From Candidatus Fermentibacterota bacterium (GTDB taxonomy: Bacteria > Fermentibacterota > Fermentibacteria > Fermentibacterales > JCC-6): 37,420 bases of DNA. The DNA is taken from the NCBI GenBank assembly GCA_003644925.1, contig QNDS01000003.1, positions 1 to 37,420 of the forward strand, given 5' to 3'. Under the pieces are notes generated by a model. That model worked only from the letters and a program-made list of their open reading frames with translations, was not told the origin of the DNA and did no database searches. Both the position numbers and the translations under genes were made by a program. This document shows, one piece after another, positions 1 through 10,041 of this stretch (position 1 is the stretch's first letter; each line of letters begins with the position of its first letter).

Positions 1-779
1 GGTTTCTCCCGCAGCAGTTCTATCCAGCCCATAAGAGATGAGAGGGGAGTACTGATCTGATGTGCCGTTTCCCTCGCAAAACCAACCCACGAAAGCTCCT
101 TTTCCTTCTTCATTTCCATCCTGATCACGAAGAGAAAAAGGAGAACAAGTATGAGAAAGACACCGAGTTCAATATACGGAACGAGCAGGAGTTCCTTCGC
201 CAGTTCATCGGATCCGTAATGAAGATATCCAATGGTCTCTCCATAGGAATCCGTTATTGGAACCGGTGTGTTCTCCATGTCCAGCTCCTCGGCAAGCAGC
301 ATCAGCGACCGGAGACTCTCCCGGCTGATTGAGTCTGTAACTGCAATTCCGTTTACAACCTGAGGAATCATATCCGTATCGGACAGAATGGTCGTATAAT
401 CCAATCTTTCCACCAGCTCTTTGAAGAGCCTTCTGGTTCTATTGAAAAGCCGCTGCCGCTCCTCAATACCTTCAATTGATACGAAGTACCATTCATTTAC
501 AAAACCGCATTCCTGACAGAACCTGGTAATACTGGCATCAGACTCAAACGCATAAGCGGGGGTTGTTGAACCGCATCCTGCACAGACGTACACCATACCA
601 AGCTCCGCCAGCCTGCTCATGGGAACCTGTGCCCCAGCCCAGAACCATGCAATAGTTTCGTTTGCGTTTGTCCTGGTTTCCCTCAGGCGGGACACAAGAC
701 TGTAACTGTAGTAGAAAAATACCCAGACAAGAGCGATCACGACAAAGAGAGGCAATAATCGGGTTCTTACGCTCCACAT
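1..779 (-). CDS. Membrane sensor histidine kinase, N-terminal part (runs off window start)
   Basis: Not in the ORF track; translated by hand from ATG 779: MWSVRTRLLPLFVVIALVWVFFYY (TM1), extracytoplasmic domain, LVPYIELGVFLILVLLFLFVI (TM2), then HisKA H-box WVGFARETAHQISTPLSSLMGWIELLREK. No stop before the window edge. Confidence 0.88.
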   Translation of the reverse strand, partial: MWSVRTRLLPLFVVIALVWVFFYYSYSLVSRLRETRTNANETIAWFWAGAQVPMSRLAELGMVYVCAGCGSTTPAYAFESDASITRFCQECGFVNEWYFVSIEGIEERQRLFNRTRRLFKELVERLDYTTILSDTDMIPQVVNGIAVTDSISRESLRSLMLLAEELDMENTPVPITDSYGETIGYLHYGSDELAKELLLVPYIELGVFLILVLLFLFVIRMEMKKEKELSWVGFARETAHQISTPLSSLMGWIELLREK

Positions 780-780
780 A

Positions 781-1962
781 TCAGTTATCTTCCACAACAG
801 GCACTACAAAACCTGCTCCGGATATGAAAATGGGTCTGTCGCATTCCTTCTCTGTGATCCATGTTTCAACATCGTGAACAGGTTCAATACCCATTCCTTC
901 CACCAGGCTGTCAGGCAGGTCGCTTGAAAGCGCAAGTCTTATCCTTTTCCTGAGATTCTTAAGCCGGACTATGGTATGGTCACCCAGGTTGTACTGATGT
1001 TTCCCGGGGGTTATCCAGGTTTCGTCCATCGATGTGATGAAAGCCTTCTCAAGATGTTCCGCTCCGAGACCTTCCCCGCATGAACTGATAAGAAGAAGAT
1101 GACCTCCATCCTCAACGATGGAATGGCAGTTATAGATGGCCTTTTCCGACTGATAGAGATTTATATCCAGGGGTTCCCCCGGGTGAAGTATGACCACCGG
1201 GGACCTGTATGGAATGGAAACCGTAGACAGCGCCGCTGAAGCCTCAGTCGCTTTTGTGAAGGATTCCCTGCACGTACCCGAATAAAAATGTACAAGCATG
1301 CCGCGGTGAACAACGCCGTTCCCCTGCAGGATCTCCACTCTTTCCTCCAGCATGGAGAGAGCATCCATCATGTCTTCGTGTACAGGATTACCTTCGAGCC
1401 TTCCCGGCAGCGCTCCATCCAGACATGCGTGAAAATGGTTCATTACAATGGATTCCCTGGACGATACGCCCGGAAGAAAAGATTTTCTTCCTCCGGTATA
1501 TCCGGCAAAATAGTGAGGTTCGACGGAATTCGCGGCTATTACAGGATTCCCGTCGAATAGCCATGGATCCATACTGACCGGTGTACCGATTCGAGTTCTG
1601 CCGATGTAAATCATATCCTCCGAATCGCAGTCATTGTTCTTCCAATGAGCATCCGGGAAACAGCCGCCGAGCAGAGTTGATTTCTCATCCTGTGTAACCG
1701 GTCTGTGGGTTCCGGTGGCGAAAAGTATCCTTACTTTATCACCAAGAATTTTTTCCAGCGGCGCGATCATAGGAAAGGAGGGCGGCCTTGTGGCATCGTT
1801 AACCACAAGCGTTACAGCTTCGCTGCTGCCGAACCTGATAAGATCAGGCATGACATCAGTCCATACATCCTTTACCTGCTGCTCGACCAGAGGCTGCGGG
1901 GCAGCGGGTCCGGAAATCTCTATTTCCTTCAACATTTCCTGAACTCCGATCCTCCGGCTCAT
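781..1962 (-). CDS. larA: LarA-family (nickel-pincer) racemase/epimerase; substrate uncertain
   Basis: Motifs VVNDATRP, ATGTHR, EPHYFAGYTGGRKSFLPG, ESIVMNH, GNPVHEDM and NLYQSEK are typical of LarA/DUF2088. Confidence 0.8.
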   Translation of the reverse strand: MSRRIGVQEMLKEIEISGPAAPQPLVEQQVKDVWTDVMPDLIRFGSSEAVTLVVNDATRPPSFPMIAPLEKILGDKVRILFATGTHRPVTQDEKSTLLGGCFPDAHWKNNDCDSEDMIYIGRTRIGTPVSMDPWLFDGNPVIAANSVEPHYFAGYTGGRKSFLPGVSSRESIVMNHFHACLDGALPGRLEGNPVHEDMMDALSMLEERVEILQGNGVVHRGMLVHFYSGTCRESFTKATEASAALSTVSIPYRSPVVILHPGEPLDINLYQSEKAIYNCHSIVEDGGHLLLISSCGEGLGAEHLEKAFITSMDETWITPGKHQYNLGDHTIVRLKNLRKRIRLALSSDLPDSLVEGMGIEPVHDVETWITEKECDRPIFISGAGFVVPVVEDN

Positions 1963-2417
1963 TATTCCTGCAATCTCCTGCCATCCCAGACAAACTCAGT
2001 TCCGGATATATCCTGAAATCCTGTAAATGAATTAAAATCATCCTCATACCTGAATATTCCCTCTCCAGAGAGGGCGCCCTCAGAATAAGTAAATTCAAGG
2101 ACGTTGCCGGTAAGCGTTCCCTCAATGCTTCCCAGCGGATATTCACCAGTGACATTATCGGAATCAACAACTACCAGTTCCAGCTGACCCATTGTCGTAT
2201 CCCATAGCCCTTCCGGGTTCGCTGCTGCAATCACGGCTTCTTCAGTTACCTGCAATTGTTCAGACACTTCTGTTATCATGGGTTCTTCTGTAATCAGAGT
2301 ATCGGCAGTTACCTCAATGGACAGGGAATCCACTGTTTCCGGCTCCGTATCGCCGCCGCAGGATGCAAGGGTAGCCAGCAGAGCAATTTCGATCAGCACC
2401 GTTATCCAAATGCGCAT
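1962..2417 (-). CDS. Hypothetical lipoprotein
   Basis: Hydrophobic N-terminus with lipobox LASC, acidic linker, small beta-rich domain. Stop overlaps the larA start (TAATG). Confidence 0.75.
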   Translation of the reverse strand: MRIWITVLIEIALLATLASCGGDTEPETVDSLSIEVTADTLITEEPMITEVSEQLQVTEEAVIAAANPEGLWDTTMGQLELVVVDSDNVTGEYPLGSIEGTLTGNVLEFTYSEGALSGEGIFRYEDDFNSFTGFQDISGTEFVWDGRRLQE

Positions 2418-2572
2418 ATAGAAGACGTCCTCTCGGTAATTTAGCGATCCTTCAGAGAAATGATGATAAGGTCATATCCCGTACAAATGATTATAACCGC
2501 AGATACGGCTATGGACACATGGAACATAAAAATATACACTATGCTTATCCAGCTATCACAAGGAGGGTATTC

Positions 2573-4477
2573 GTGTTCAGATCCAATGGAAATAAAAGAG
2601 ACCTGCTTTTTCTCATATTGATCGGCATTCTGCTCATTCTGGCATCCACAGCTTTCGCGAGGGCTGGAGGTGGCGGGAGCTACGGCGGTTCAGGCGGAGG
2701 AGGCGGAGGCGGAGGCAGTGGAGCTGGATACATCTTCTACCTTCTTATCAGGCTTGCAATCCACAAACCACTCATAGGTGTTCCACTGTTGATCGTAGTG
2801 ATAATCCTCATGATAAAATTCGGGAAGAAGGCTAAAGGCGGATACGAAACACATACCATCACGAGGGCTGGGAAACTCAGAAGAGAACAGGAGCATCAGG
2901 AAATGCAGAACGCCCTGGATGCTCTAAAACAGAGAGATCCGGGGTTCTCGAGGGAGAAGTTTGTTCAAAAGGTGAACAGAGCTTTCATAGCAGTTCAGGA
3001 AGCCTGGTCGAATCAGGATATTTCATCTGTGAATCAGTTCATATCAGATGGAATAGATGAGCGGTTCAGCCTTCAGATCGAAATGCAGAAGGCTGAAGGA
3101 TACAGAAACAGGATGGAGAACATTACAGTTCAAAGCTCCAGAATAGTTGGTGTTTTCAGTGATTCTCACTTCGATACGATTCACGTCGAAATTATTGCCA
3201 GAGCTGACGACACTGATGTTGACGTGAAGACTGGAAAGCGTATCCGCAGGAACACCTCCGCGCCATTTACCGAGTACTGGAGTTTCCTGCGGAAACCCGG
3301 TGTCCAGACCCTTGAGGGAAAAGGTCTTGTAGAAGGAGTATGCCCGAACTGCGGAGCCCCGATTGAACTCAGTGATACCGGTAAATGTGAAAACTGTGAT
3401 TCCGTTCTCACCAGCGGTGAATATGACTGGGTGCTTGCTGAAATTACCCAATCCATGGAATGGAACCTGGTATCCGACAAATCCCTCATTCCGGGGTTTG
3501 AGAGCATGGAAGCGGTGGACCCTGGTTTCAACCTGCAGCATATCGAAGACAGAACCTCCGTGATCTTCTGGCGGCTGATAAAAACCTGGTTCTCAAACGA
3601 TGTTTCCGAAGCGAGGAAGGTTTCTCTCCCATCATTCCTCGAGGGATTCGAAAAACAGCTGTCCAACACCAGAAGCGGCACTGACTGGCTCTTTTTCAAG
3701 GACGCGGCAGTAGGCACAGTAGAAGTTCAGAATATCGTTCCCGGAACAAAGAACCGTATGGACAGGATCGAGGTTCTCGTAAAATGGTCAGGTATAAATG
3801 CAAGAAGAAATGAAGATTCAAAAGTTCGTGTAACCGGACGGAAGATCATAAGACCCCAGATATATACCCTTGTCCGCAAGCATGGCATAAGAACCGCCCT
3901 TGATCAGAGCTTCAGATCTTCTCACTGTCCGGGCTGCGGAGCACCTTACGCAGGCGGCAGTACCGGTGAATGTGAATACTGCGGAAGACCTCTGAACGAT
4001 GGAAGCCAGGATTGGGTGCTGGAATCCGTGAATCGTTTCTCCGCATCCAGGATAACTGCAAAGGCTATCGACGGCATTGAAAGAGCAGCTCTGATACCAC
4101 CAGAACTCCTTCTCGCAGCGATGGTTAAAGCAATGTACGTGGATGGTGAAGTGGATGAGAAGGAAATGAAAACCCTCTCCTCCTTCGCCCAAAGCAGGAA
4201 CATAACCGATGAACACCTGACGGAAATAATCAATACAGTGAAATCAGGGCAGGATACACTGCCGACTCCGGGCAGCCAGGCTGAAGCAAGGGAAATACTG
4301 GCAGCAATGTCGCGGATGGTACTGGCGGACGGGAGGCTGACCGGCAGCGAGAAGAACCTTCTTCAAACCTTTGGTGAATCCCAGGGACTGGTATGGGCAG
4401 ATGTGAAGCTCATTATAGCTCAGCAGAAGGCAAAACTCTACATTGAAGCGAAGAAGGTTATTAAGGAGACCAGATAG
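2573..4477 (+). CDS. Membrane protein: Gly-rich N-terminus, two Tim44-like/zinc-ribbon modules, C-terminal TerB-like domain
   Basis: AFARAGGGGSYGG after a signal-like segment; DPGF...VQEAW...FTEYWSFLRK; CPNCGAP..CENC and CPGCGAP..CEYC; TerB-like VDGEVDEKE and ADGRLTGSE. Start moved from 2519 to GTG 2573 (AGGAGG at 2561-2566). Confidence 0.75.
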   Translation: MFRSNGNKRDLLFLILIGILLILASTAFARAGGGGSYGGSGGGGGGGGSGAGYIFYLLIRLAIHKPLIGVPLLIVVIILMIKFGKKAKGGYETHTITRAGKLRREQEHQEMQNALDALKQRDPGFSREKFVQKVNRAFIAVQEAWSNQDISSVNQFISDGIDERFSLQIEMQKAEGYRNRMENITVQSSRIVGVFSDSHFDTIHVEIIARADDTDVDVKTGKRIRRNTSAPFTEYWSFLRKPGVQTLEGKGLVEGVCPNCGAPIELSDTGKCENCDSVLTSGEYDWVLAEITQSMEWNLVSDKSLIPGFESMEAVDPGFNLQHIEDRTSVIFWRLIKTWFSNDVSEARKVSLPSFLEGFEKQLSNTRSGTDWLFFKDAAVGTVEVQNIVPGTKNRMDRIEVLVKWSGINARRNEDSKVRVTGRKIIRPQIYTLVRKHGIRTALDQSFRSSHCPGCGAPYAGGSTGECEYCGRPLNDGSQDWVLESVNRFSASRITAKAIDGIERAALIPPELLLAAMVKAMYVDGEVDEKEMKTLSSFAQSRNITDEHLTEIINTVKSGQDTLPTPGSQAEAREILAAMSRMVLADGRLTGSEKNLLQTFGESQGLVWADVKLIIAQQKAKLYIEAKKVIKETR

Positions 4478-4538
4478 TCCGGAAAACACTGGTTCACCGA
4501 TCGAGGTTCTCAGAAATTTGCTGCAACAGGGAGTCAAA

Positions 4539-6023
4539 ATGAAGCTTTCCATATTGTGCATGGTCATTTTCGTGTTTTTCCATGGCATCCTGAACGCCAT
4601 ACCGGTTGATCTGATCGAGGCGGAAAATATTGCAGATGCCAGGCTTACCCGAGATGGTCGGAATCTATCTTTCGTAATAACCAGCTGCATCACCCTTGAG
4701 AATAGCCAGTATGAATCACCCCTTGCATACGTCTTCGAACTCAGTCCTGCTGGTTATGTGATAACATCTGCTGATACCGATCTGCCTCCGGTAATTGCCT
4801 ACTCGTACACCGATAACTGCACAGATGCAGAAAGTGAAAGAAGTATCCTCCTGGAAATGATAGCTATGGATATCGAACTGAGGCTGTCGTTCCTTGATGA
4901 TGCGCCACCGGAACTGCTTGGGATACATCGAGCCTGGTGGGAAGAGTATTCTACAGGAAACTATGCTCTGTTATCGGACAATCTTCTAGAGCAGTGGCCT
5001 CCTGCTGGTACAACACCAACAGAGGGATGGCTCATGGAGAACTGGACGCAGGGAGCGCCGTACAACGGTTACTGCCCGATGGATCTCATCGCAGGTTCCA
5101 GGAGTGTTGCGGGCTGCCCAGCTGTTGCCATGGCATCAATCCTGAATTTCGGGGAAACCACAAACGGTACACAGTTCAGCGATACTGACGACTATTACCA
5201 TAATTACCATGAATACTATTGGATAGACGATGATCATATTGCCCATGATTTCCCTTCCTGGCCGGAGTTGAACGTATATCTGGATTCCCTGGAAAACCGT
5301 TATTTGAACCACGAACAACTCACTAATTCTGACAAAGCAGCACTGGTTTACTCCTGCGGAGCAGCCTGCAAGCAGGTTTACACAGCATCGGTTTCAGGTA
5401 CATTCGGAGTGGATCAGGCTTACGATGCTTACCTGAAATTCAACTTCACCGACTGCAGCTTACTTAACGCATCTTCCGACAGTCTTTATGAGAAACTTTC
5501 AGCAAACATGATGACCGCAATGCCGGCGCATCTGGCGATTGTGGATGCAGTACCAGCAACGGTTGGTCATAACGTGATAGTCGATGGTTACAATACAGAC
5601 GAATTCTATCATCTGAATTTCGGCTGGGGCGGAGCCTACAACGGCTGGTATCAGTTCCCGCTGTCAGGAATGCCGTACGGTATGAATATCATAGAGGGGG
5701 TCATACTTGATATAGGCGAAGGACAGCAATCAATTGAGGGGGAGGCAATACAGGATGAGATCCCTGCTATGTTCCTATCGTGTCAGACAAATCCTGTTTC
5801 TGACCATCTGCTCATCAATCTGGAGATTCTACAGAGATGTGAGGTGAATGTATCTGTTTACAGCATCTCAGGTCATCTTCTTGAGACAGTTGCCAACAGG
5901 GAATTCTATCCCGGTTTCTGCCAGCTTGGATGGGTTCCGGAAAATACGGGGAATGGTGTGTACATTCTGGCAGCATCAGGTTCATGGGGAGTTGAAACGG
6001 CAAGATTCACAATCCTGGATTAG
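4539..6023 (+). CDS. Secreted C10 (streptopain-family) cysteine peptidase with Spi-like prodomain and T9SS/FlgD-like C-terminal domain
   Basis: WTQGAPYNGYCP, catalytic Cys in AGCPAVAMA, catalytic His in GHNVIVDGY, YHLNFGWGG; C-terminal NPV...VYSISGHLLE...NGVYIL. ATG 4539 follows GGGAG and precedes a signal peptide. Confidence 0.88.
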   Translation: MKLSILCMVIFVFFHGILNAIPVDLIEAENIADARLTRDGRNLSFVITSCITLENSQYESPLAYVFELSPAGYVITSADTDLPPVIAYSYTDNCTDAESERSILLEMIAMDIELRLSFLDDAPPELLGIHRAWWEEYSTGNYALLSDNLLEQWPPAGTTPTEGWLMENWTQGAPYNGYCPMDLIAGSRSVAGCPAVAMASILNFGETTNGTQFSDTDDYYHNYHEYYWIDDDHIAHDFPSWPELNVYLDSLENRYLNHEQLTNSDKAALVYSCGAACKQVYTASVSGTFGVDQAYDAYLKFNFTDCSLLNASSDSLYEKLSANMMTAMPAHLAIVDAVPATVGHNVIVDGYNTDEFYHLNFGWGGAYNGWYQFPLSGMPYGMNIIEGVILDIGEGQQSIEGEAIQDEIPAMFLSCQTNPVSDHLLINLEILQRCEVNVSVYSISGHLLETVANREFYPGFCQLGWVPENTGNGVYILAASGSWGVETARFTILD

Positions 6024-6051
6024 CAGAGAAGCTGGAGAGCAATCAGATTCA

Positions 6052-7407
6052 TTACTGGATATCTTCCAGGAGCTTATTCAGTTCCTTGATGTCTATCGAA
6101 AGCAGCCTTGCGGCAGCTTTTCTTGCTCCACCGCAGTACTCCAGTGTTTCTGTTACATGATCAAGAATCTTGTCATGGAGTTTCATGGGCGTGAAATCCC
6201 CTGACATTTCGCCCGGAATAATCCTCTCACGGATATAGGGAGAGAGAGAATCCTTGTTCAGTATGGAGCCGTCGGTGTTTACAACTGCGCATGCTATGAT
6301 GTTTTTCAGTTCCTGAACATTATCAGGATAACGGTACTGCATGAGAAGTTCGAGCAGTTCATCTGAGAAACCGGTAATATTCCTGCCCGTCCGTTCTACT
6401 TCCTCCTTCAGAAAATACTCGGCGAGAAGTGGTATATCATCTGTTCTATCCCTCAATGAAGGAATACGGATGGAATTCACCATAAGGTGGTAGAGAAGGT
6501 CCCTGGAGAATGATTCCCGGTATTTGGAGCTTGTCAGGTCATGTGTGGAAGCAACTATGAACCTCACATCACATCCCATAATCTCAGTGGAATTGTCTCT
6601 GTAGTACTCGTTTGTCTGTATGACCCGCTTCAGCCTGACCTGAACGGGCAGGCTCATATTCTCAATATTATCGATGAAGAGTGTGCCGCCCGAAGCGGTT
6701 TCAAGGAAACCTGACATCTCCTTGCTCTTCCCGCTCCAGTCCCTGACCCTGCCGAACAACTCTGACGAGAATTCCTCCGGGGAATGGGAAGCGCTGTCTA
6801 CGGCGATAAACGGTTTGTTAACCCTCGGAGACGAGTTGTGGATCGCTCTTGCAAGCGATTCCTTGCCTGTACCCCGTTCACCCCAGATGAACACACTCAG
6901 ATCCCCTTCCGCCATCTGTTCAGCCTGGTGGAAAAGGCGGATAACTGCAGTATCCTGTGTGGGGAAATGTTCGAAAGCGGCAGTATTGTCCAGATCTTCC
7001 CTGGATAAAGCCTGGGGCATCCTGCTGATCGTGCTATGAAGGGTTCCGTGCTCTATGGCATTATTAAGGACTTCCAGAAGGTGTTCATCATCAACAGGTT
7101 TTGTAAGATAATCAAAAGCACCCCTCTTCATGGTTTTAACTGCGAGGTCAACATCGTTCGCTCCAGTCAGTATCACAACAGGGATGTCAATATTTTTCGT
7201 ACTCATCATCCCCAGTATATCCATGCCTGTGACATTGGGCATATCGAGATCCAGCATTATCACATCAAAATATTCTTCCTCAAGGAGTTCTTCGACCTGT
7301 CTTGAATCGTTGATCACTGTAGTTTCAAATATCTCCGTCTGCATAAGGAACACCATGAAATAATTGGTTACGGCAACATCATCATCGACAATGAGTATCT
7401 TCTTCAA
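6052..7407 (-). CDS. NtrC-family response regulator (REC-AAA+-HTH) with degenerate sigma54-activator motifs
   Basis: REC (IVDDD, LDLDMP, KP), Walker A GERGTGKE, C-terminal Fis-like HTH; GAFTGA absent. TTG start overlaps the kinase stop. Confidence 0.88.
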   Translation of the reverse strand: MKKILIVDDDVAVTNYFMVFLMQTEIFETTVINDSRQVEELLEEEYFDVIMLDLDMPNVTGMDILGMMSTKNIDIPVVILTGANDVDLAVKTMKRGAFDYLTKPVDDEHLLEVLNNAIEHGTLHSTISRMPQALSREDLDNTAAFEHFPTQDTAVIRLFHQAEQMAEGDLSVFIWGERGTGKESLARAIHNSSPRVNKPFIAVDSASHSPEEFSSELFGRVRDWSGKSKEMSGFLETASGGTLFIDNIENMSLPVQVRLKRVIQTNEYYRDNSTEIMGCDVRFIVASTHDLTSSKYRESFSRDLLYHLMVNSIRIPSLRDRTDDIPLLAEYFLKEEVERTGRNITGFSDELLELLMQYRYPDNVQELKNIIACAVVNTDGSILNKDSLSPYIRERIIPGEMSGDFTPMKLHDKILDHVTETLEYCGGARKAAARLLSIDIKELNKLLEDIQ

Positions 7408-9395
7408 TTGCTCACCTTCTCTACTGCTGCATCCTCGCCTGTTGGAATCCTGACCGTGAATTTAGTTCCGGCCCCAGGGATGCTGCTGACTGAAATATTC
7501 CCGCTGTGCTCCTCTGCTATCCGGAAGGCTATTGCAAGACCAAGGCCTGTACCTCCCTTTGCCCTTTTTGTTGTGAAGAACGGATCGAATATCTGTCTCT
7601 GTGTTTTCTCATCCATACCTTTTCCGTTATCCTCTATTTCTATCACAACAATATTGCTCTGATCCATGTACGTTCGGACAGTAATAAAACCTTTTTTGTC
7701 ATCAGGGATCGCCTGCGCGGCATTCACTATGAGATTAATGAAGATCTGTTCAATCTTCTGCGAATTACCTGTGAATTTGGCCAGGTCATTTCCCAGTTCA
7801 AGAACTATCTCCGCGTGCTTGTGCACCTCATTTTTGACCAGCCTTGTTGTAGCCTCAAGAAGTGTATTTACATCAACAGTATCAACCAGAAGGCCCTCAT
7901 CTTTTCTTGCAAAGCCCCTCAGTCCTTCCACAATTCCCTTTATGCGTTCGGAACCGTGAGCCATATCATCAACCAGGGTCATGATATGCTCGCGGAAGAA
8001 ATCGTACTTGAGGCGGGCGATCTTCAGGTCCGGATGATCTTCCTGGTACGTATCAACAATGGGCAGCATATCAGTTATCGCTTGTCTGATGATCTTGATA
8101 TTACCCCTTATGAACTGATTCGGATTGTTTATCTCATGACCGATGCCGCTGACCAATTGTCCAAGTGAAGCCAGTTTGTCCGCCTGTTGCAACTGCTGTT
8201 CGTAGGTCTTCTCAAGGGTGACATCTCTATAAAACTCAAGTATTCCATCGACTTCCTCCTCCTGATTATATACGGGGAGAGTATGGACTTCCATGAACTT
8301 GTCCCCATCCCTTATAGTAATAGTTATAGGAGTCTTTTCACGCTTGATCTTACCGAGTCTGCAGTCTCTGCAAGGTGTATCACGATTAAAATAGGTTCTG
8401 TAGCATTTATCACCAGGCTCAATATCTTCCTGATTGCTCATGACCACATTTCTGTTCAGATCGATAAGCATTACCTCACCTGGGATAACCTTGAACATGG
8501 TCTCGAGGCGGTGCCTAGTTTCGTCCCAGCTTCTGTTGACCCTGTCCAGGTAGGAATCGGCTGTACTGAGTTTCTGTTTCTGTTCATCCAGGTCCTTTTC
8601 CCGCTCATTGATCTGTGCTTCAAGTTCCAGAAGGCGACTGTTCAGCCCATCCTCTTCCTGACGTTTGAGAAGCATCCTTTCGGCAAGTTCCTTGCGCTCC
8701 AGCGCAACACTCAGCATTCTTCCGATTTCGTTGAGCATTTTCTGCTCTTCGGGAAGATGCTCGTGAGTCCCGCTGATATAACCCACTCTTATCTCACCCT
8801 TATACTCACCGCTGAAAGTCAGATCTACGCTGATATAATCATCTTCAGATGGCTTCTGACCGTATTCTTCTCCCTGAAATATGGAGTAGACAACAGCTTC
8901 GTCAGGTGATCGCATGCCGCGAGAAAGGTATTCCGGCAGTTTTGTGAAAAACTCCTTGATAGAGGCTGATACTTCTATCCATTCGGCAACTGTGTAGAGA
9001 CAGGAGAGCTCCTTAACGCGTTCTTCCTTCTCCGAGTCACTGATCCTTCTCAGGGCATCTACCTGGACACCGAAGAAAAGGTAAATTCCCCCATGAACGC
9101 TCTCGACATACCCGACTTTCATCGGTATGGGAGTTGATCTGTTCACCTGTGCTGCAAAAAGTGCAATAACGCCCCTGGCTCCGTCATGCACTTTTTCCAT
9201 GGCATTTCGGAATGACTGAAGGGATTCAAGGTCAAGAACATCTGCAAGATGCATCTCGGATTCTTCGCAGTTCGCAGGAGAACAGGTCCGTTTAAGCAGC
9301 GGACTCACGTAAATCGTTTTCTCATTCGCGTCAGCCACCAGCAGAAAGTCAAAGCTGCTCTCAATGAGTGTATACAGGTTTTCAAGGCGGATCAT
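7404..9395 (-). CDS. Cytoplasmic PAS-domain NtrB-like sensor histidine kinase
   Basis: H-box GIGHEINNP, N-box NLIVNA, DNGKGM, FDPFFTTK, GTGLGL; PAS-like domains and a coiled coil; no TM helix seen. Confidence 0.92.
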   Translation of the reverse strand: MIRLENLYTLIESSFDFLLVADANEKTIYVSPLLKRTCSPANCEESEMHLADVLDLESLQSFRNAMEKVHDGARGVIALFAAQVNRSTPIPMKVGYVESVHGGIYLFFGVQVDALRRISDSEKEERVKELSCLYTVAEWIEVSASIKEFFTKLPEYLSRGMRSPDEAVVYSIFQGEEYGQKPSEDDYISVDLTFSGEYKGEIRVGYISGTHEHLPEEQKMLNEIGRMLSVALERKELAERMLLKRQEEDGLNSRLLELEAQINEREKDLDEQKQKLSTADSYLDRVNRSWDETRHRLETMFKVIPGEVMLIDLNRNVVMSNQEDIEPGDKCYRTYFNRDTPCRDCRLGKIKREKTPITITIRDGDKFMEVHTLPVYNQEEEVDGILEFYRDVTLEKTYEQQLQQADKLASLGQLVSGIGHEINNPNQFIRGNIKIIRQAITDMLPIVDTYQEDHPDLKIARLKYDFFREHIMTLVDDMAHGSERIKGIVEGLRGFARKDEGLLVDTVDVNTLLEATTRLVKNEVHKHAEIVLELGNDLAKFTGNSQKIEQIFINLIVNAAQAIPDDKKGFITVRTYMDQSNIVVIEIEDNGKGMDEKTQRQIFDPFFTTKRAKGGTGLGLAIAFRIAEEHSGNISVSSIPGAGTKFTVRIPTGEDAAVEKVSN

Positions 9396-9531
9396 CAGTA
9401 TTTCCCTTCAAAAAGGACATTCGCAGATTCCTGTAATTCAGGTGATTAGATGTGGAATCGGGGCATTGCCGCCAAGAACCGGATTCACTGGAATAGCTGC
9501 TGCAGATACATAGTGATTCCTGATGTTCAGA

Positions 9532-10017
9532 TCAGAAAAGATACGAACTGGTCACTCCAATCCAAAGGCCATCGAAGTCTATGATGTTGAATTTTGCCGA
9601 TAAGTCTGCAGTGCCGGTAAACAGGCTGAAGTCCTTGCCAAGTGAAATGTAAGCTCCCGGATAGGTTCCGTTCCAGACTGCGGTGAACTCATCATCAATT
9701 ACCATGGTCGCCTCAATCGCATAAACGGCTCCCCCTGCCCCGAATCTCAGACCGATCAAGCTGCGTGAAGCTCCGAGAGTAAGAGGTACTATTGAATATT
9801 CAAACCCCCTCGAAGAATCCGGATCAATTCTCAGCTCGCTGAACTGAAGTTCGCAGTCAATATCAGCGAAAGAGAGGCCGTACCTTGCTTTAACACCAAA
9901 GAGAAAACTCGTTTTCCACGGATCTCCCTCGTCCTGGACAGGAACGAAGGCTCCCATTGCAGGTCCTATCTCGAATGACATTAAGAAGACAAGAATTGGT
10001 AGAATAGAAAATGACAT
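9532..10017 (-). CDS. Hypothetical exported protein, possible small outer-membrane beta-barrel
   Basis: Hydrophobic N-terminus, alternating amphipathic strands, C-terminal YxF. Confidence 0.55.
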   Translation of the reverse strand: MSFSILPILVFLMSFEIGPAMGAFVPVQDEGDPWKTSFLFGVKARYGLSFADIDCELQFSELRIDPDSSRGFEYSIVPLTLGASRSLIGLRFGAGGAVYAIEATMVIDDEFTAVWNGTYPGAYISLGKDFSLFTGTADLSAKFNIIDFDGLWIGVTSSYLF

Positions 10018-10041
10018 GAAATTGCTCCCATCTATTAATTA

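Noticed and set aside
60-877. Short track ORFs 60-332, 544-777 and 662-877
   Set aside because: They overlap the histidine kinase frame (779 to window start), which has clear TM and H-box motifs.
2663-2727. GGC/GGA-rich low-complexity repeat
   Set aside because: It encodes the poly-Gly linker of the Tim44-like protein.
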